DNA of 64,000 bases from Candidatus Obscuribacteraceae bacterium (GTDB taxonomy: Bacteria > Cyanobacteriota > Vampirovibrionia > Obscuribacterales > Obscuribacteraceae), in NCBI GenBank assembly GCA_044226015.1, contig JBGAHS010000003.1:288001-352000 (forward strand), written 5' to 3'. A program made the translations under genes and the position numbers. Under the pieces are notes generated by a model. The model was not told where the DNA came from. It searched no databases and was given only the letters and a program-made list of their open reading frames with translations. The stretch's first letter is position 1, and every line of letters starts with the position of its first letter. Positions 51,701-61,170 of this stretch are shown here, one piece after another.

Positions 51701-52066
51701 CAAGACAAAACCATCATAAGAGTATGTACGGGAATCAATTCCGTTAGGGTTTTTGTCAGGAATAAGCACGACGCGGCACTCAGTGCAGGTGAAGAGTTAG
51801 TGATCTCAAAACGCACATTGAAAGATGCAGATGTTAACACCGGAGAGCAAATAGGTCACAGAAACTCCAAAATGATGCACTGCCTTGGTCTGAATTTTGC
51901 ACACTCCGAGTTCTCCATTCCGGCATTGTTTATAAGCTACTCGCACTTAAGACCGATCATGAAAGCACAAAACAATCAGTATACTTCAACGAAAAATCAA
52001 GTCATGAAATCAGCGGTAATTGTTCAAATGGTTCAAGGCAAACACGGACGTTACACAGTTAAATAG
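45731..52066 (+). CDS. Giant filamentous-haemagglutinin-like GNGG-repeat exoprotein
   Basis: About 2100 aa; AHA signal-like site; many GxGNGG-x-I-x-I beta-helical units; two related non-repetitive C-terminal domains. Start is 45698 or 45731. Confidence 0.85.
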   Translation: MARLTFGSIFALKARVRKARSKFLAIGMLSQQLLVSHLLSNQIMQPAHAAGETLGRPGQLSTNQQSFNNAQGSTRVLDFGRSRGVINIADAFQNSGVLYLVSSNPAIRSGILNAKSFYNYPGALISSVIPAGGLPGYDFLVPNFSFSLNSRGNFINQGTITSAGSLSINAAQISNLTAPGSAAATISALANLDLFSTAGSIVNRGDLLSVNGNVNLTAQSGKDLIVDNSSGSIQALLGAVNAGDALSSVKQNLAIIGGNIFSETTNLYAACGKAVASVDKLSGVLNIYAAESHTEASSSGLKLGKIVVSGDPTFYAQTDLYLDSDLVFSGAPLAIVTGGSILTKAGAGKIETHGGDITLMAGVDFSSSSTVASDPFAPVTLTISGASPTGGKIDLASVTSINSGGGNILMIASNGIVADSGSIRVIDAPIVSNGGRVLIVPGSLVKLINVDSSKAGKIGGAIKVYADSTSCTGCIVKNGVLSSDTFLPPEFTTSGKGQPSPNMAGLITGDFISGGGDILLQATKLSAREINASSTTGAGGNVEIFSGQPGKTPLTLSASTGDIGTITAHGTSGGGTISVRTGGHLELLSDAVLDVGASNGSAGSISLRSGFNAEYETIFNGTELEAKGSGSKGNGGAINIETARLTSNNHLVIDVSGSGTGNGGSVTLGGGPMTGSGVLTSIGKGIGEIEINAQSGSAGGNGGSATLNADPIEPLIIDPSALKLNPQGINGNGGMLAARGDINVTSSLLLNGVGTGNGGKAILFGAFGTDINVGNGIKGSGINGIIQANSGVQGGSGGQIEIDASNVHIENANSISLHSAAGNGGNLSLSTGGVLTLGTSSFNVDGTGKSGNGGTIAISADSLVLPPGESLKLSAVGSGSGNGGKINVGVYSQDLSTGKNAGQIDAQAFSGPLGGNGGSLAIAGKTVNANTADFDISPKGKSGNGGNLQFSSDFSTIVDGNINLNAIGNGNGGSVAFFADTLFVNGSIQANGAGKGNGGTVAFFVNQDLTLDSGIKSNGITGTINAYAGSSGGKGGQISFLQLQNLTISNPQSISVASKNGSGGSLYFTARKLNLGEGIYNVSGTGAHGNGGEILLAGDLTSTGHITLKSNASGDGTGGGISVYGDYFFGASTPIHIGNGKGQVSVEANGGSKGSLKGDAGNLTLSGIVLDDVNAVNAVPLGVNGKGARLALSNFPSFNGNLDANGKGTGNGGTIIIQSTSAKSIGPGGDINGTLSVNSDSGKAGSISISFSDITILPDAFSVRSKTGAGGSIQLDLSNLTLADGSALVANAGKGNGGEIKIFSPTINTLGKALLSADGASNGNGGSISLITNSNLQIDDSLLSAHANSGSAGGNGGLIELSANDLTINPSALKVDPLGKTGNGGTLLLTAKGTLKVLGDIAVDGKGNGNGGTLIFDWAHGADTFVVGGTSSASGVTGKISANGSGTGIGGTIAFANAQDILPSTIIINSEVSTLPNSATYGKVLLLQDRFLTSIFTLGGSGVIKGSIGTGYLNPLSEGSVTGLTVAMTTPVDIGHLSTKDDVTITAPSIHLFTGSFITSKNGNVNLNSNSILNDGLIASASAGVNIQATADLSVTGQGTIIAKTPINFSSPGAVFVRQFLPGNNYNSSAPFDIQQNTSVTTSALFELSSKNSTSPQSIKASLDSVSLVFPSLQLPSSSSVVSTDSVPRHISLDSGDSESDGIVKIGNGKFVVVNNIQSLSAFVASDNSLEFAEEGSEITKEEETIYLHKGKMVINTSNKAESVITPQGTVRVEPNSTTMVKVSSSGTLSAVSLNGSTALQQGQRSDSVTKIEKGQELLSNQNGLEDEELIPVDGIDCGEVISAGLTKAGGRTTVKRTVSIKQMVDKDIMINGSLIHVHGATAKQHKTYVENLKSSLNEAPSQHKPIAYVQPIVVPNPTAASSFKTNRTKVQGPILLGSKDAKFQQLQNSYIKLESGNLFVHAKQDTIISTKFCVVKIGAGSCANISTDNQDKTIIRVCTGINSVRVFVRNKHDAALSAGEELVISKRTLKDADVNTGEQIGHRNSKMMHCLGLNFAHSEFSIPALFISYSHLRPIMKAQNNQYTSTKNQVMKSAVIVQMVQGKHGRYTVK

Positions 52067-52157
52067 CAAGACCCTGACCCGAGACTAAGAGAATCTTCGT
52101 ACTGTTTCTAAAGGTTCCTGTAAGATTGACAGATAGATTGACAAAGAGACACGCGAT

Positions 52158-52703
52158 TTGAAAAATGCTCTATTTTCTGCAATAGCCGCAGCTTTGATTT
52201 TGGCATTCATGCAAACAGCCAAAGCAAACGATAAGACAGGAAGCCTTCCTTTTGACCCCACAAAGTGCAAGGACCTTACGCCCGACTCGCTTAAGGGCAA
52301 AATCAAGGTTTACAAAACAAGTGAAATGAATTCCTCGATTCCGACCTATGTGGTGAAAGAAAAAAACTGCCTGTCTATCGGCAACTCCTTCGGTGGACAG
52401 GGCGTGTACGCTGTCATAGCAGCAGACTTGAATGGTGACAATCAAGCGGAAATTGTTTATGCCAGCTCATGGGGCTCTGGCATGCATCGCACAAACATTG
52501 GAGCAGTTGAAATAAGCAGCGACCTAAAAGATTACACAGCCCAAGACATGCTTTTATTCGAGGATGAGGAAATAAAATTGCTTCCGGCGGAAGGAAAAGC
52601 CACGCTGTTGGTGAGGAATAAGCCTTACGCTGACATTGTTTTCGAAACAAGCAAAGACGGCAAAAAGAAGTTAGTGCTCAAGAAAATTAGTGATAAGACT
52701 TGA
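52158..52703 (+). CDS. Secreted hypothetical protein
   Basis: Signal peptide (AKA|ND); DLNGDNQAE Ca-binding-like loop; SWGSGMHR. Confidence 0.65.
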   Translation: MKNALFSAIAAALILAFMQTAKANDKTGSLPFDPTKCKDLTPDSLKGKIKVYKTSEMNSSIPTYVVKEKNCLSIGNSFGGQGVYAVIAADLNGDNQAEIVYASSWGSGMHRTNIGAVEISSDLKDYTAQDMLLFEDEEIKLLPAEGKATLLVRNKPYADIVFETSKDGKKKLVLKKISDKT

Positions 52704-52783
52704 TATTCGATAAGCTGACCATCAAGCGCTCTCAAATCGAACGCCATGATAAGCCCCCCGTTTATCCATTTTGCCAGGCTTGC

Positions 52784-53245
52784 CTACCTAAACGGTTGGT
52801 AAACTTTGTCCTTGACCCGCAAATCAAAATAGCCGGTTTCCAGTTCATTTTTTCCTGAACCATTTTGTCTTGAAGCACTCACCAGGCTTACAACGACAAG
52901 CTCACCAGGTTTAGCATCGCGATCGACTAGAACCCAATTATTGGAATCGGTAAAGCCGGGCGGATAGCCACACACAACATGTCCAAACTTATTGCCCTGT
53001 TTGCTTATTACGAATGCAGGCGGTTTGCTGCCTGAGACTATTTCAAGAATTTCTAAAGTAACGTCGGAGCCGCCCTGCCATGAATTCAGTCGTCCTTTGC
53101 ATTTCCAAAATTGCTTCTGCGATGAGCTTTGTTGCTCGTTCATAACTGTAACCGGTAATTGCCCAGAAGCAACCGGTGGAGTTTGCTTGGACACTTGCCC
53201 ATTGCCTACGCAGCTGAGCAAGAGCGATGCTGCAAACAGCGGCAT
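52784..53245 (-). CDS. Putative lipoprotein
   Basis: LLSC lipobox-like sequence followed by a polar linker. Confidence 0.5.
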   Translation of the reverse strand: MPLFAASLLLSCVGNGQVSKQTPPVASGQLPVTVMNEQQSSSQKQFWKCKGRLNSWQGGSDVTLEILEIVSGSKPPAFVISKQGNKFGHVVCGYPPGFTDSNNWVLVDRDAKPGELVVVSLVSASRQNGSGKNELETGYFDLRVKDKVYQPFR

Positions 53246-53505
53246 GCAGTAAGCAGCAACTTGACTAAAATAATTGCTTTTGAGAATCTGCTGTCTCCTT
53301 GCACAGAATCAGCTCACCTTAGAAAAGTGTAGCAGACAGCGCTTGTCTCGCGCTCTGCTCTTTCGACTTACTCTACGTTTTAGACAGCCTCTGACCAATT
53401 GATAGAGACTTCTATTTGTCGCTTACAAAAATAGCCCTGCATGAAGGTTCTCGGCCTCGGCTGCGGAACAACTTTGCTCACATGCAACTTAGTATCAAAT
53501 ACAAG

Positions 53506-54627
53506 TTAAAGTGCAGAATACAAGCCGCATAGCGATTCTCTCCAACTCGGGTCCGCAAGAAGGTCAGTGCTATCGCTAAATTGATCAATGCTACCAATAA
53601 GAGGACGCGCTGCAATCTTGCGCAATGTAGAATCAGTAATCGCTGATTTTATGGCTTGAGAAAATGCGCCCTTACTAATAACCATGTAGGGTCGGCCATG
53701 AAACTGCGATGCCTTCACAGGCATCGTTTCTGTGGTGCCCAGCTGGTTGTGGAGTTTAGCAACGTACTCATACGCAAGCACGAGATATTGTTCGCGAGTT
53801 TCCCAACCCTGCGCAGACAAAACCTGCGACAAAATTGGTGCAAGTTGCTTGCCTGAGTTGAGTTGCGAGAACACAGTGCCAAACCATTTTTGATATGGTG
53901 CATAACGGCGCTCCATCAAGAAGCACAAGCGCATCAAATCACGAACAAGTCTAGAAGCAATAACTGCTGACCCAATTTCATCTCCGACTGAGCCAGCACG
54001 CCCCATAAGATGCTCTTCTTGCTCGATTCGCGCCCACGCAGAGGCGAGTAAATAAAGCCAGACATCATGCGGATAATAAGCAAACTTCTTCCGCAAATCT
54101 TCCAATCCAATAGCGTCATGAAAGACCCTTCCGGCAGTGAGTGAGAGCAATTTCTGGTCTGGAAATGTAAGCCAATCTATCGCCGTAATCTCGTTACCTA
54201 TATCGAACGAAATGTACTCTTGGACGAAAGCTCGCATAGATGTAATTTCAACTCTATGCTTGACGGGTCCCTCGTTGCTATAGTCCAGCATCTGAATTCC
54301 TGCAGCATCATCAACGGCATCTGACGGAAGATAACTCGTAGGATAGCCACGAAAGCGTCGCGGCAGCTTCTCACTTAGCTTGTCGCTTATTGATGCACCA
54401 TACTTAACAAGATCCGACTCGCGCAAGAATAAGATAGCGCGCGGACCCCAATGATGATCTGTCGACATGACATTGTCCAAACCGAGCACTTCAGAACCGC
54501 TACCAATCAGCGCAGCCGCGAATGAAAGATCTGGAAAGTCACTCTGAATCACTGGCGCAACTGCTTCGCAATAAAATGACTCGCTCAAATCAAGCCCTGA
54601 AATGAAGGGCGGGCTAGGAACTTCCAT
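53506..54627 (-). CDS. DUF4037 domain protein (nucleotidyltransferase-like fold)
   Basis: GSGSEVLGLDxxxSTDHHWGPR, TAGRVFHD, YAPYQKWFG, GSIDQFSDSTD. Confidence 0.85.
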   Translation of the reverse strand: MEVPSPPFISGLDLSESFYCEAVAPVIQSDFPDLSFAAALIGSGSEVLGLDNVMSTDHHWGPRAILFLRESDLVKYGASISDKLSEKLPRRFRGYPTSYLPSDAVDDAAGIQMLDYSNEGPVKHRVEITSMRAFVQEYISFDIGNEITAIDWLTFPDQKLLSLTAGRVFHDAIGLEDLRKKFAYYPHDVWLYLLASAWARIEQEEHLMGRAGSVGDEIGSAVIASRLVRDLMRLCFLMERRYAPYQKWFGTVFSQLNSGKQLAPILSQVLSAQGWETREQYLVLAYEYVAKLHNQLGTTETMPVKASQFHGRPYMVISKGAFSQAIKSAITDSTLRKIAARPLIGSIDQFSDSTDLLADPSWRESLCGLYSAL

Positions 54628-54734
54628 ACTTTACACTCCCGGCTTGTGATGCACGAATTGTTCCCACGCCAAAGCATGAGCAATTGACACATCGTGATGC
54701 ATTAAAACGAAATTGTCGCAGACCAGAAAGCGAC

Positions 54735-56342
54735 CTATTCCCACTCAATTGTTGCTGGAGGCTTCGAGGTTACATCGAGAGTTACTCGATTTACTCCAGA
54801 AACCTCATTTACGATGCGACGAGAAATCGAATCGATAAGGTCATACGGAAGTCGCGCCCAATCAGCAGTCATGCCATCTTCGCTCGTGACCGCACGAATG
54901 ACAATTGTGTCTTCGTAGGTTCGCTGATCACCCATCACACCAACAGATTTTGTCGGCAGCAACACTGCAAACGCTTGCCAAATCTGCTTGTACAAGCCAT
55001 GCGCCTTAATTTCTTCGCGCACTATCCAATCGGCATCTCTCAGCGTATCCAATCTCTGCGGAGTTACTTCGCCGAGAATTCTAATAGCAAGACCTGGACC
55101 CGGGAAAGGATGTCTCTCTCTAATTCCCTCAGGAACGCCCAATTCAGCCGCTAACTTGCGCACTTCATCTTTGAACAGCTTCGCGAACGGCTCAACTAAC
55201 TTGAATTGAAGATCTTTAGGTAAGCCGCCTACATTGTGGTGCGATTTGATTTTCACGGCAACGCGTTCACCAGTTTTCGGGTCAACCGTTGAGCCGGCCG
55301 ACTCGATAACATCAGGATAGAGCGTGCCCTGCGCTAAGAATTGGAAAGGTCCGATGCGCTTAGACTCAGCTTCGAACACGCGAATGAATTCAGTTCCAAT
55401 AACCTTGCGCTTCTCTTCGGGGTCAATTACCCCCTCCATCTTGTTCATGAATTGTTCTTTCGCATTTACGTAATCAACGTTGATGTGAAAGTCATTCGTG
55501 AATTTGTCAACGAGCCATTCAGGCTCGTTTTTGCGCATAAAGCCCTGGTCAATAAACATACATGTGAGCTGATCACCAATTGCTTTATGCAATAAGAAAG
55601 CTAATGTCGAGCTATCGACACCGCCGGAGAGTGCCAGCAGAATGCGCTCTTTGCCAACGCGTTCTCTGACTTCAGCAATCGCTTCATCAATGAATTTTGA
55701 AATCGTCCAACTGCGTGAGCATCCACACACATCAACCACAAAGTTGCGAATGATGTCTTGCCCGCCGCGTGTGTGCACCACTTCAGGGTGGAACTGTACT
55801 CCATAGAAGCCGCGTTCTTCATCAGCAATCGCCGCTGTTGGCGTACTCTTTGTGCAAGCTGTTGTTCTGAAACCAGGAGGCAAACCCACTACGCTATCGC
55901 CGTGACTCATCCAACTGTCCATGCTGGGGTCGAGTCCACGGAAGAGAAGCCCGTGATTGATTACAGTCAACATCGCACGACCGAACTCGCGCACTTTTGC
56001 TGGCTCAACCTGCCCGCCTAGTTCCTGAGCCATCAATTGCATGCCATAACAAACGCCAAATATTGGAATGCCCAGCTTCCATATTTCAGGGTCGCAGACG
56101 GGCGCACCCTTGTCGTAAACACTGTTTGGACCGCCACTGAGGATGATTCCCTTTGGATTTAAGCGCTTCAATTCTTGAGCGGAAATGCTGAAATGAATGA
56201 GTTCCGAAAACACATTGGTTTCGCGCACACGCCGAGCAATCAATTGCGAATACTGCGAACCGAAATCAAGAATTGCGATGCTGTCGCTCAGCGCGTTATC
56301 TTTCATGGCTGTGCTGAGACGAGAAGTCTGAGTGGAAGTCAC
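54735..56342 (-). CDS. guaA: GMP synthase (glutamine-hydrolysing)
   Basis: [49 protein letters not shown] start 56342 follows GAGGT; alternative ATG at 56306. Confidence 0.97.
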   Translation of the reverse strand: MTSTQTSRLSTAMKDNALSDSIAILDFGSQYSQLIARRVRETNVFSELIHFSISAQELKRLNPKGIILSGGPNSVYDKGAPVCDPEIWKLGIPIFGVCYGMQLMAQELGGQVEPAKVREFGRAMLTVINHGLLFRGLDPSMDSWMSHGDSVVGLPPGFRTTACTKSTPTAAIADEERGFYGVQFHPEVVHTRGGQDIIRNFVVDVCGCSRSWTISKFIDEAIAEVRERVGKERILLALSGGVDSSTLAFLLHKAIGDQLTCMFIDQGFMRKNEPEWLVDKFTNDFHINVDYVNAKEQFMNKMEGVIDPEEKRKVIGTEFIRVFEAESKRIGPFQFLAQGTLYPDVIESAGSTVDPKTGERVAVKIKSHHNVGGLPKDLQFKLVEPFAKLFKDEVRKLAAELGVPEGIRERHPFPGPGLAIRILGEVTPQRLDTLRDADWIVREEIKAHGLYKQIWQAFAVLLPTKSVGVMGDQRTYEDTIVIRAVTSEDGMTADWARLPYDLIDSISRRIVNEVSGVNRVTLDVTSKPPATIEWE

Positions 56343-56624
56343 TGCGGCTACCTCTATTAACTGATGGCTTGATTTTACAGGAATGCGGAAGCTAGCTGGA
56401 CTCTCGTAAACTAAGTCGCAAACATTAAATGTGCATTTCACATTTTTGGCGGATCGGCAAAATACACTAATTCGTGTAAGCGAAAGCAGGGTTAAATCAG
56501 GGATTTCTGCGAATTTAATCAAATCTTGCATAATTATGCAGATCAAGTAACGCAATTATCACGACTATATACATATACTCATGTTTCGAGGCTTGCTAAG
56601 GTCTCTGTGGGGAGAGTGGCTAAT

Positions 56625-57203
56625 ATGGACGAAGTACATATAAACTTGAAACTTGGAGAACTCCTCGTCACAGCAGGGCTAATCAGCCGCTCTGACGTAG
56701 AAGCGCACCTCCGCCTGGCCAAGTTTATGGGCTTGCCTCTGGGCAACCTCCTGGTACGCGAGAAGAAGCTGTCCCGCGACCTCTTGAAAGTTTCAGTAAG
56801 ACTTCAATCACTCATCAGTGACCGCATGATTTCGCTCGAACTCGCTTGCAGAGCTATGCGCGACATCGTAGCTGAGAAAACAACAGCTGAGGAGATTTTG
56901 GAATCTCTCGATTCGTACTCCGAAAGCGTTAGAACCGGTAGACTGGGCGAGCTGCTCATCGACGCAGGTTTGCTTTCCGAGGTTGCTCTTGGCAGAGCGC
57001 TGGTTTGCAGCGCAGAATCAAGCAAGCCACTCGGACAGACACTTATTCAGCAAGGAACCTTGTCTCCAGAAGTAGTAGGCGCAGCACTCTTCGCCCAAGG
57101 CAATGTCCGCGCTCATATGATTGATTACAAATCAGCTGTGTCGCAGCTCAAAGAAGTTCAAATCAGCGGCGCGAACATGATGCCGATGATGCAGGCTTGT
57201 TAA
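56625..57203 (+). CDS. Stand-alone tandem MshEN-like (GspE N-terminal, putative c-di-GMP-binding) protein
   Basis: KLGELLVTAGLIS...PLGNLL and RLGELLIDAGLLS...PLGQTL; no ATPase domain. Confidence 0.72.
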   Translation: MDEVHINLKLGELLVTAGLISRSDVEAHLRLAKFMGLPLGNLLVREKKLSRDLLKVSVRLQSLISDRMISLELACRAMRDIVAEKTTAEEILESLDSYSESVRTGRLGELLIDAGLLSEVALGRALVCSAESSKPLGQTLIQQGTLSPEVVGAALFAQGNVRAHMIDYKSAVSQLKEVQISGANMMPMMQAC

Positions 57204-57412
57204 GTCAATAATTCATTGCATTAAGAAACGATGAGAGGCATTTCGCTGAGATTGCCGACGTATCCAGCTGACAAGATTAAACCGACGGTCGATTAATCTC
57301 GATCGATGCTTAGTTTCATTTCTGCCGCGGAATATGGCAGATAACGTGCTTTTTGCACTAGCAGACCAAAACTAAACTTTGTGACCCTGGGTTATAAATT
57401 GAGGGGTAATTT

Positions 57413-59404
57413 ATGCCGCGCGATATTCCTGTTGGAAACGGAAAAGTTCTGATCAATTTTGATAAAGAGTACTGCATGAGGGATGTTTACTATCCTCATG
57501 TGGGGCAAGAGAATCAAACCGTTGGACACCACTCCAGATTTGGTGTTTGGGTAGACGGACAGTTCTCGTGGGTAGGCTCAGAGTGGTCGATCGACCGCCG
57601 CTATTTGAAAGAAACGCTGGTTACAGATGTCATCTTGAAAAATGACAAACTCGGATTAGAGCTGCGCTGCCATGACGTGGTTGATTACATCAACGACCTT
57701 TACTTGAAAGAAGTCACTGTCAAAGACTTGAAAGGGCAGCAGAGAGAGGTGCGCCTCTTCTTCCACCACAACTTCTACATTTCGGAAAACGAAGTTGGCG
57801 ACACCGCGTTTTACGACCCTCGCACAGAGTCGGTAATTCACTATAAGAAGAATCGCTGGTTTCTCTGCAATACTTCAGGCAAGAAAATTGGCGTGGAACA
57901 ATGGGCTACTGGCAAGAAAGGCGTTGGTGGCGCAGAAGGAACATGGCGCGACTCGGAAGATGGAGAACTGGGCTGCAACGGCATTGCGCAGGGCTCTGTA
58001 GACTCGACAATTCGCACTTCAGTTGACGTGCCAGCACGCGGTGAAGCGAAAGCGCATTATTGGATTGCGTTTGGTGAAAAATATGAAGACGTTGCCGCGC
58101 TGGACAAGATCGTGCGCCAGCATACTCCGGCATATTTCGTGCCAAGAAACCAAAACTACTGGCGCCTCTGGGTCAACCCAGAGCACATCGACTTTCAAAA
58201 CTTGCCACCAAAGGTGGTGGATCTCTTCAAACGAAGCTTGCTGGTTATTCGCTCTCAGGTAGACTCAGGTGGCGCGATCATTGCAGCTAACGACCACGAC
58301 ATTGCACAGTTTGCGCGAGATACCTATTCGTACATGTGGCCGCGTGACGGAGCACTGGTTGCCGCCGCGCTGACCCGCGCAGGATATCGTGATATTTCAC
58401 AGAGATTCTACGAGTTCTGCCGCGATGTCATCAAAGACGAAGGCTATCTCCTGCACAAGTACAATCCAGACAAAACGCTCGCTTCCAGCTGGCACCCGTG
58501 GATTCGAGATGGCAAGCCAGACCTTCCAATTCAAGAAGATGAAACTGCTCTGGTAATCTGGAGTTTGTGGCAACACTTCCGCCGCCACCGCGATGTTGAA
58601 TTCGTGCGCTCGCTTTTTGAGCCACTGATTACGCGCGCAGCTGATTTCATGGTGCGCTTCCGCGACCCAGATACGAAGTTACCGCACCCATCACACGACC
58701 TCTGGGAAGAGCGCTACGGCGTGCATCTCTTCACAGTTGCTAGCGTCATAGGAGGACTGCAAGCCGCTGCGCATTTCGCCCAGGCTTTTGGCGAAATGGA
58801 GCACCACAACAAATATCTGCAAGCAGCAAAAGAAATTCAAGAAGCGATGATACAACACATGTGGAGCGAAGAGCACGGCAGATTCTGCCGTATGGCGACG
58901 CGCACCGCAGACGGCTATCAGCTCGACATGACAATTGACGCGGCAATGTATGCGCTGTTCGCCTTCGGAGCACTGCCTGCTTCTGACCCGAAAGTCAAAG
59001 CTACCATGGCTGCCATCAAAGACCGCTTGTGGATCAAGACCGATGTAGGTGGACTCGCTCGCTACGAAAACGACTACTATCACCAGATTTCACAAGATGT
59101 CGAAAACGTTCCGGGCAATCCGTGGTTCATCTGCTCAATGTGGCTTGCCCAATACGACATAGCTGGTGCGCATAGCTCTGAATCACTTCGAGATGCTATC
59201 AGCATCCTTGAATGGGTTGCAGATCACGCGCTGCCGTCAGGCGTACTGGCTGAGCAGGTGCATCCATACACCAACGAGCCGCTCTCGGTTTCGCCACTGA
59301 CATGGAGCCACGCCACGCTTGTGATGGTGGTTCTCGATTACATCGACAAACGCCGCCAACTCATGGCGGAGGCTGTGTTCGCCCACACCATATCACCGGT
59401 TTAA
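57413..59404 (+). CDS. GH15 glycoside hydrolase (glucoamylase/trehalase-like)
   Basis: GAIIAA, YSYMWPRDG, QEDETA, DLWEER, RYENDYY, LAEQ, PLTWSHA. Confidence 0.93.
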   Translation: MPRDIPVGNGKVLINFDKEYCMRDVYYPHVGQENQTVGHHSRFGVWVDGQFSWVGSEWSIDRRYLKETLVTDVILKNDKLGLELRCHDVVDYINDLYLKEVTVKDLKGQQREVRLFFHHNFYISENEVGDTAFYDPRTESVIHYKKNRWFLCNTSGKKIGVEQWATGKKGVGGAEGTWRDSEDGELGCNGIAQGSVDSTIRTSVDVPARGEAKAHYWIAFGEKYEDVAALDKIVRQHTPAYFVPRNQNYWRLWVNPEHIDFQNLPPKVVDLFKRSLLVIRSQVDSGGAIIAANDHDIAQFARDTYSYMWPRDGALVAAALTRAGYRDISQRFYEFCRDVIKDEGYLLHKYNPDKTLASSWHPWIRDGKPDLPIQEDETALVIWSLWQHFRRHRDVEFVRSLFEPLITRAADFMVRFRDPDTKLPHPSHDLWEERYGVHLFTVASVIGGLQAAAHFAQAFGEMEHHNKYLQAAKEIQEAMIQHMWSEEHGRFCRMATRTADGYQLDMTIDAAMYALFAFGALPASDPKVKATMAAIKDRLWIKTDVGGLARYENDYYHQISQDVENVPGNPWFICSMWLAQYDIAGAHSSESLRDAISILEWVADHALPSGVLAEQVHPYTNEPLSVSPLTWSHATLVMVVLDYIDKRRQLMAEAVFAHTISPV

Positions 59405-59412
59405 GTTTCGGC

Positions 59413-59495
59413 AAAAGTCCCTACACAGCGCATTGCGCTGCAGGGGCTTTCTGATTAACCACAAACGCCAGTGCAATTAATTGCGCTGGCGTTTT
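59413..59495. terminator. Two adjacent hairpins between convergent genes
   Basis: AAAGTCCCT..CAGCGCATTGCGCTG..AGGGGCTTT and AAACGCCAGTGCAATTAATTGCGCTGGCGTTT. Confidence 0.7.
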
Positions 59496-59574
59496 GCTTG
59501 TGATTTGTGCTTGTGATTCGTGCTTGCGATTTGCGTGCTTGCGATTTGCACTTGCTGTTTGTGCTTGTGATTTA
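59495..59574. repeat. 13-bp tandem repeat, about 6 copies
   Basis: TGCTTGYGATTTG units immediately 3' of the SDR stop codon. Confidence 0.85.
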
Positions 59575-59582
59575 TGAACTAA

Positions 59583-60308
59583 CTACCAGCTAATAGCACC
59601 ATCGTCATTGAAGTAACCACCGGTCGGTCCATCTTCATCTAGCGTAGCCATTTTCACAACAATTGCCGCACCCTGCTCTACCGTGCGATGTCCTTTGTTC
59701 TCGTTGATGTCAGTCGCAACGTAACCAGGGCAAATTGAATTAACTTTGATCTTCTTTGCCGCCAAACATTTCGAAGCGGTTATAGTAAGCATATTCAATG
59801 CGGCTTTGGAGCAGTTGTAGCTCAAATATGTGTACTCAGCGAAAGGAGACGAGAGGTCACTTGCATGCGCTAGTGAGCCGAGCGTACTTGAGACATTCAC
59901 CACCCGTGGTGCGCTTGATTTTTCCAGCAGCGCAGTCGCTGCCTTCAGCAATCTCAACGGACCGTAAAAATTCGTCTCCATTGTTTTCTGTACATTTTCA
60001 ACACTGGCTGATTCAAGGTCTGTTCCGCGGTCAACCAAAATACCTGCATTATTGACCAGAACGTCAAGATGAGCATGCTGCTTGCCGATAGTGGCGATCG
60101 CATTGTCTACCGACGACTGCTCAGTGACGTCGAGCTGAATGGCTTCAGCATCAACGCCATCTTTTTTCAATTCCTCAACAGCTTCATTACCGCGCTTTAG
60201 ATCACGCGACCCAACATAGACCTTAAATCCAATTTTTCCGAGTTGGCGTGCTGCTTCTTTCCCAATTCCTTTGTTAGCGCCGCTGATTAGAGCGATCCTT
60301 TTACTCAT
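59583..60308 (-). CDS. SDR, carbonyl-reductase-like
   Basis: SGANKGIG, NNAG, YNCSK, CPGYVATD; GGGAG RBS before 60308. Confidence 0.92.
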   Translation of the reverse strand: MSKRIALISGANKGIGKEAARQLGKIGFKVYVGSRDLKRGNEAVEELKKDGVDAEAIQLDVTEQSSVDNAIATIGKQHAHLDVLVNNAGILVDRGTDLESASVENVQKTMETNFYGPLRLLKAATALLEKSSAPRVVNVSSTLGSLAHASDLSSPFAEYTYLSYNCSKAALNMLTITASKCLAAKKIKVNSICPGYVATDINENKGHRTVEQGAAIVVKMATLDEDGPTGGYFNDDGAISW

Positions 60309-60696
60309 TGATTTCTCCCGCCTGAGGCTATTCGCGTGGCTCAAGCATACACAATGTATTTGGGTGAAACGTCAGAAAAAGCTTGCTCTTGATCGTAAGT
60401 TTACACTTCACGAAACGAGTAATTAGACAAAACAGCAATACTCAATTCCTTGCCCATATAAACGAGTTCAATTATTCAGATTGCTTTTGCTCTAGCAAAA
60501 GCCCAGCTATGTAACTCAGCGGTTCCATTCACGCTGACTGGCGCAGCTGTACATAACTTTCCAATACGCTGCAATGACCAATGCGTATACTGCAGTGGCA
60601 AGGACTACCTGACCATATTCGACTGTTATCAATAATTTTTCCATTTTATAGTTCTCACTTGGGGTTAACGTGCCGTATCAGACGACAAAAATTCTA

Positions 60697-61170
60697 TTAC
60701 GCAGACTTTCTTGAGCTTTTCCGTCTTTGCTTTCGGGAGAATATCACCGGGCATGGTGCCTCAGCGACCACTCGTGAAAGCATTCCACCTTCAACAAAAC
60801 GTCCAAAGATTGAAGCTTCGGGCAATCCAACGATGACTACATCAGCATTCCAGCTTTGTGCTTCTCGAATAAGAACTTCATCGATGTGACCCAAAAGAAT
60901 GCGTGATTCAATCTGCATAGCATCGCCAATTGCATTCAAGCATTCCTTTTCAGTGCATGAAGATTGTGTTTGCGCTTCCAGCTGTCGTTCAGCAAGTAGC
61001 TGTCTCGACCTGGTGGCACCAGACAGCGAAAGCCAGAGATCTGTAATGTCAGATGGCTCAACAATGTGCAGCAACCTGAACTCTGTTTGCGGCGTCCAGG
61101 AGTGCTTTTCTAAATAGCTAATTGTACTTTCGAAATTTACGCTGCTGCTTGCAGCAATCAGTATTTTCAT
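60697..61170 (-). CDS. Universal stress protein (UspA family)
   Basis: MKILIA, LLHIVE, G...I...A..WNADVVIVG, VVxEAPCPV; GGAG RBS. Confidence 0.82.
   Translation of the reverse strand: MKILIAASSSVNFESTISYLEKHSWTPQTEFRLLHIVEPSDITDLWLSLSGATRSRQLLAERQLEAQTQSSCTEKECLNAIGDAMQIESRILLGHIDEVLIREAQSWNADVVIVGLPEASIFGRFVEGGMLSRVVAEAPCPVIFSRKQRRKSSRKSA

Noticed and set aside
53250..54735. Genomic island integrated at the guaA 3' end
   Set aside because: guaA is a known integration site, but I see no integrase or att-like duplication.
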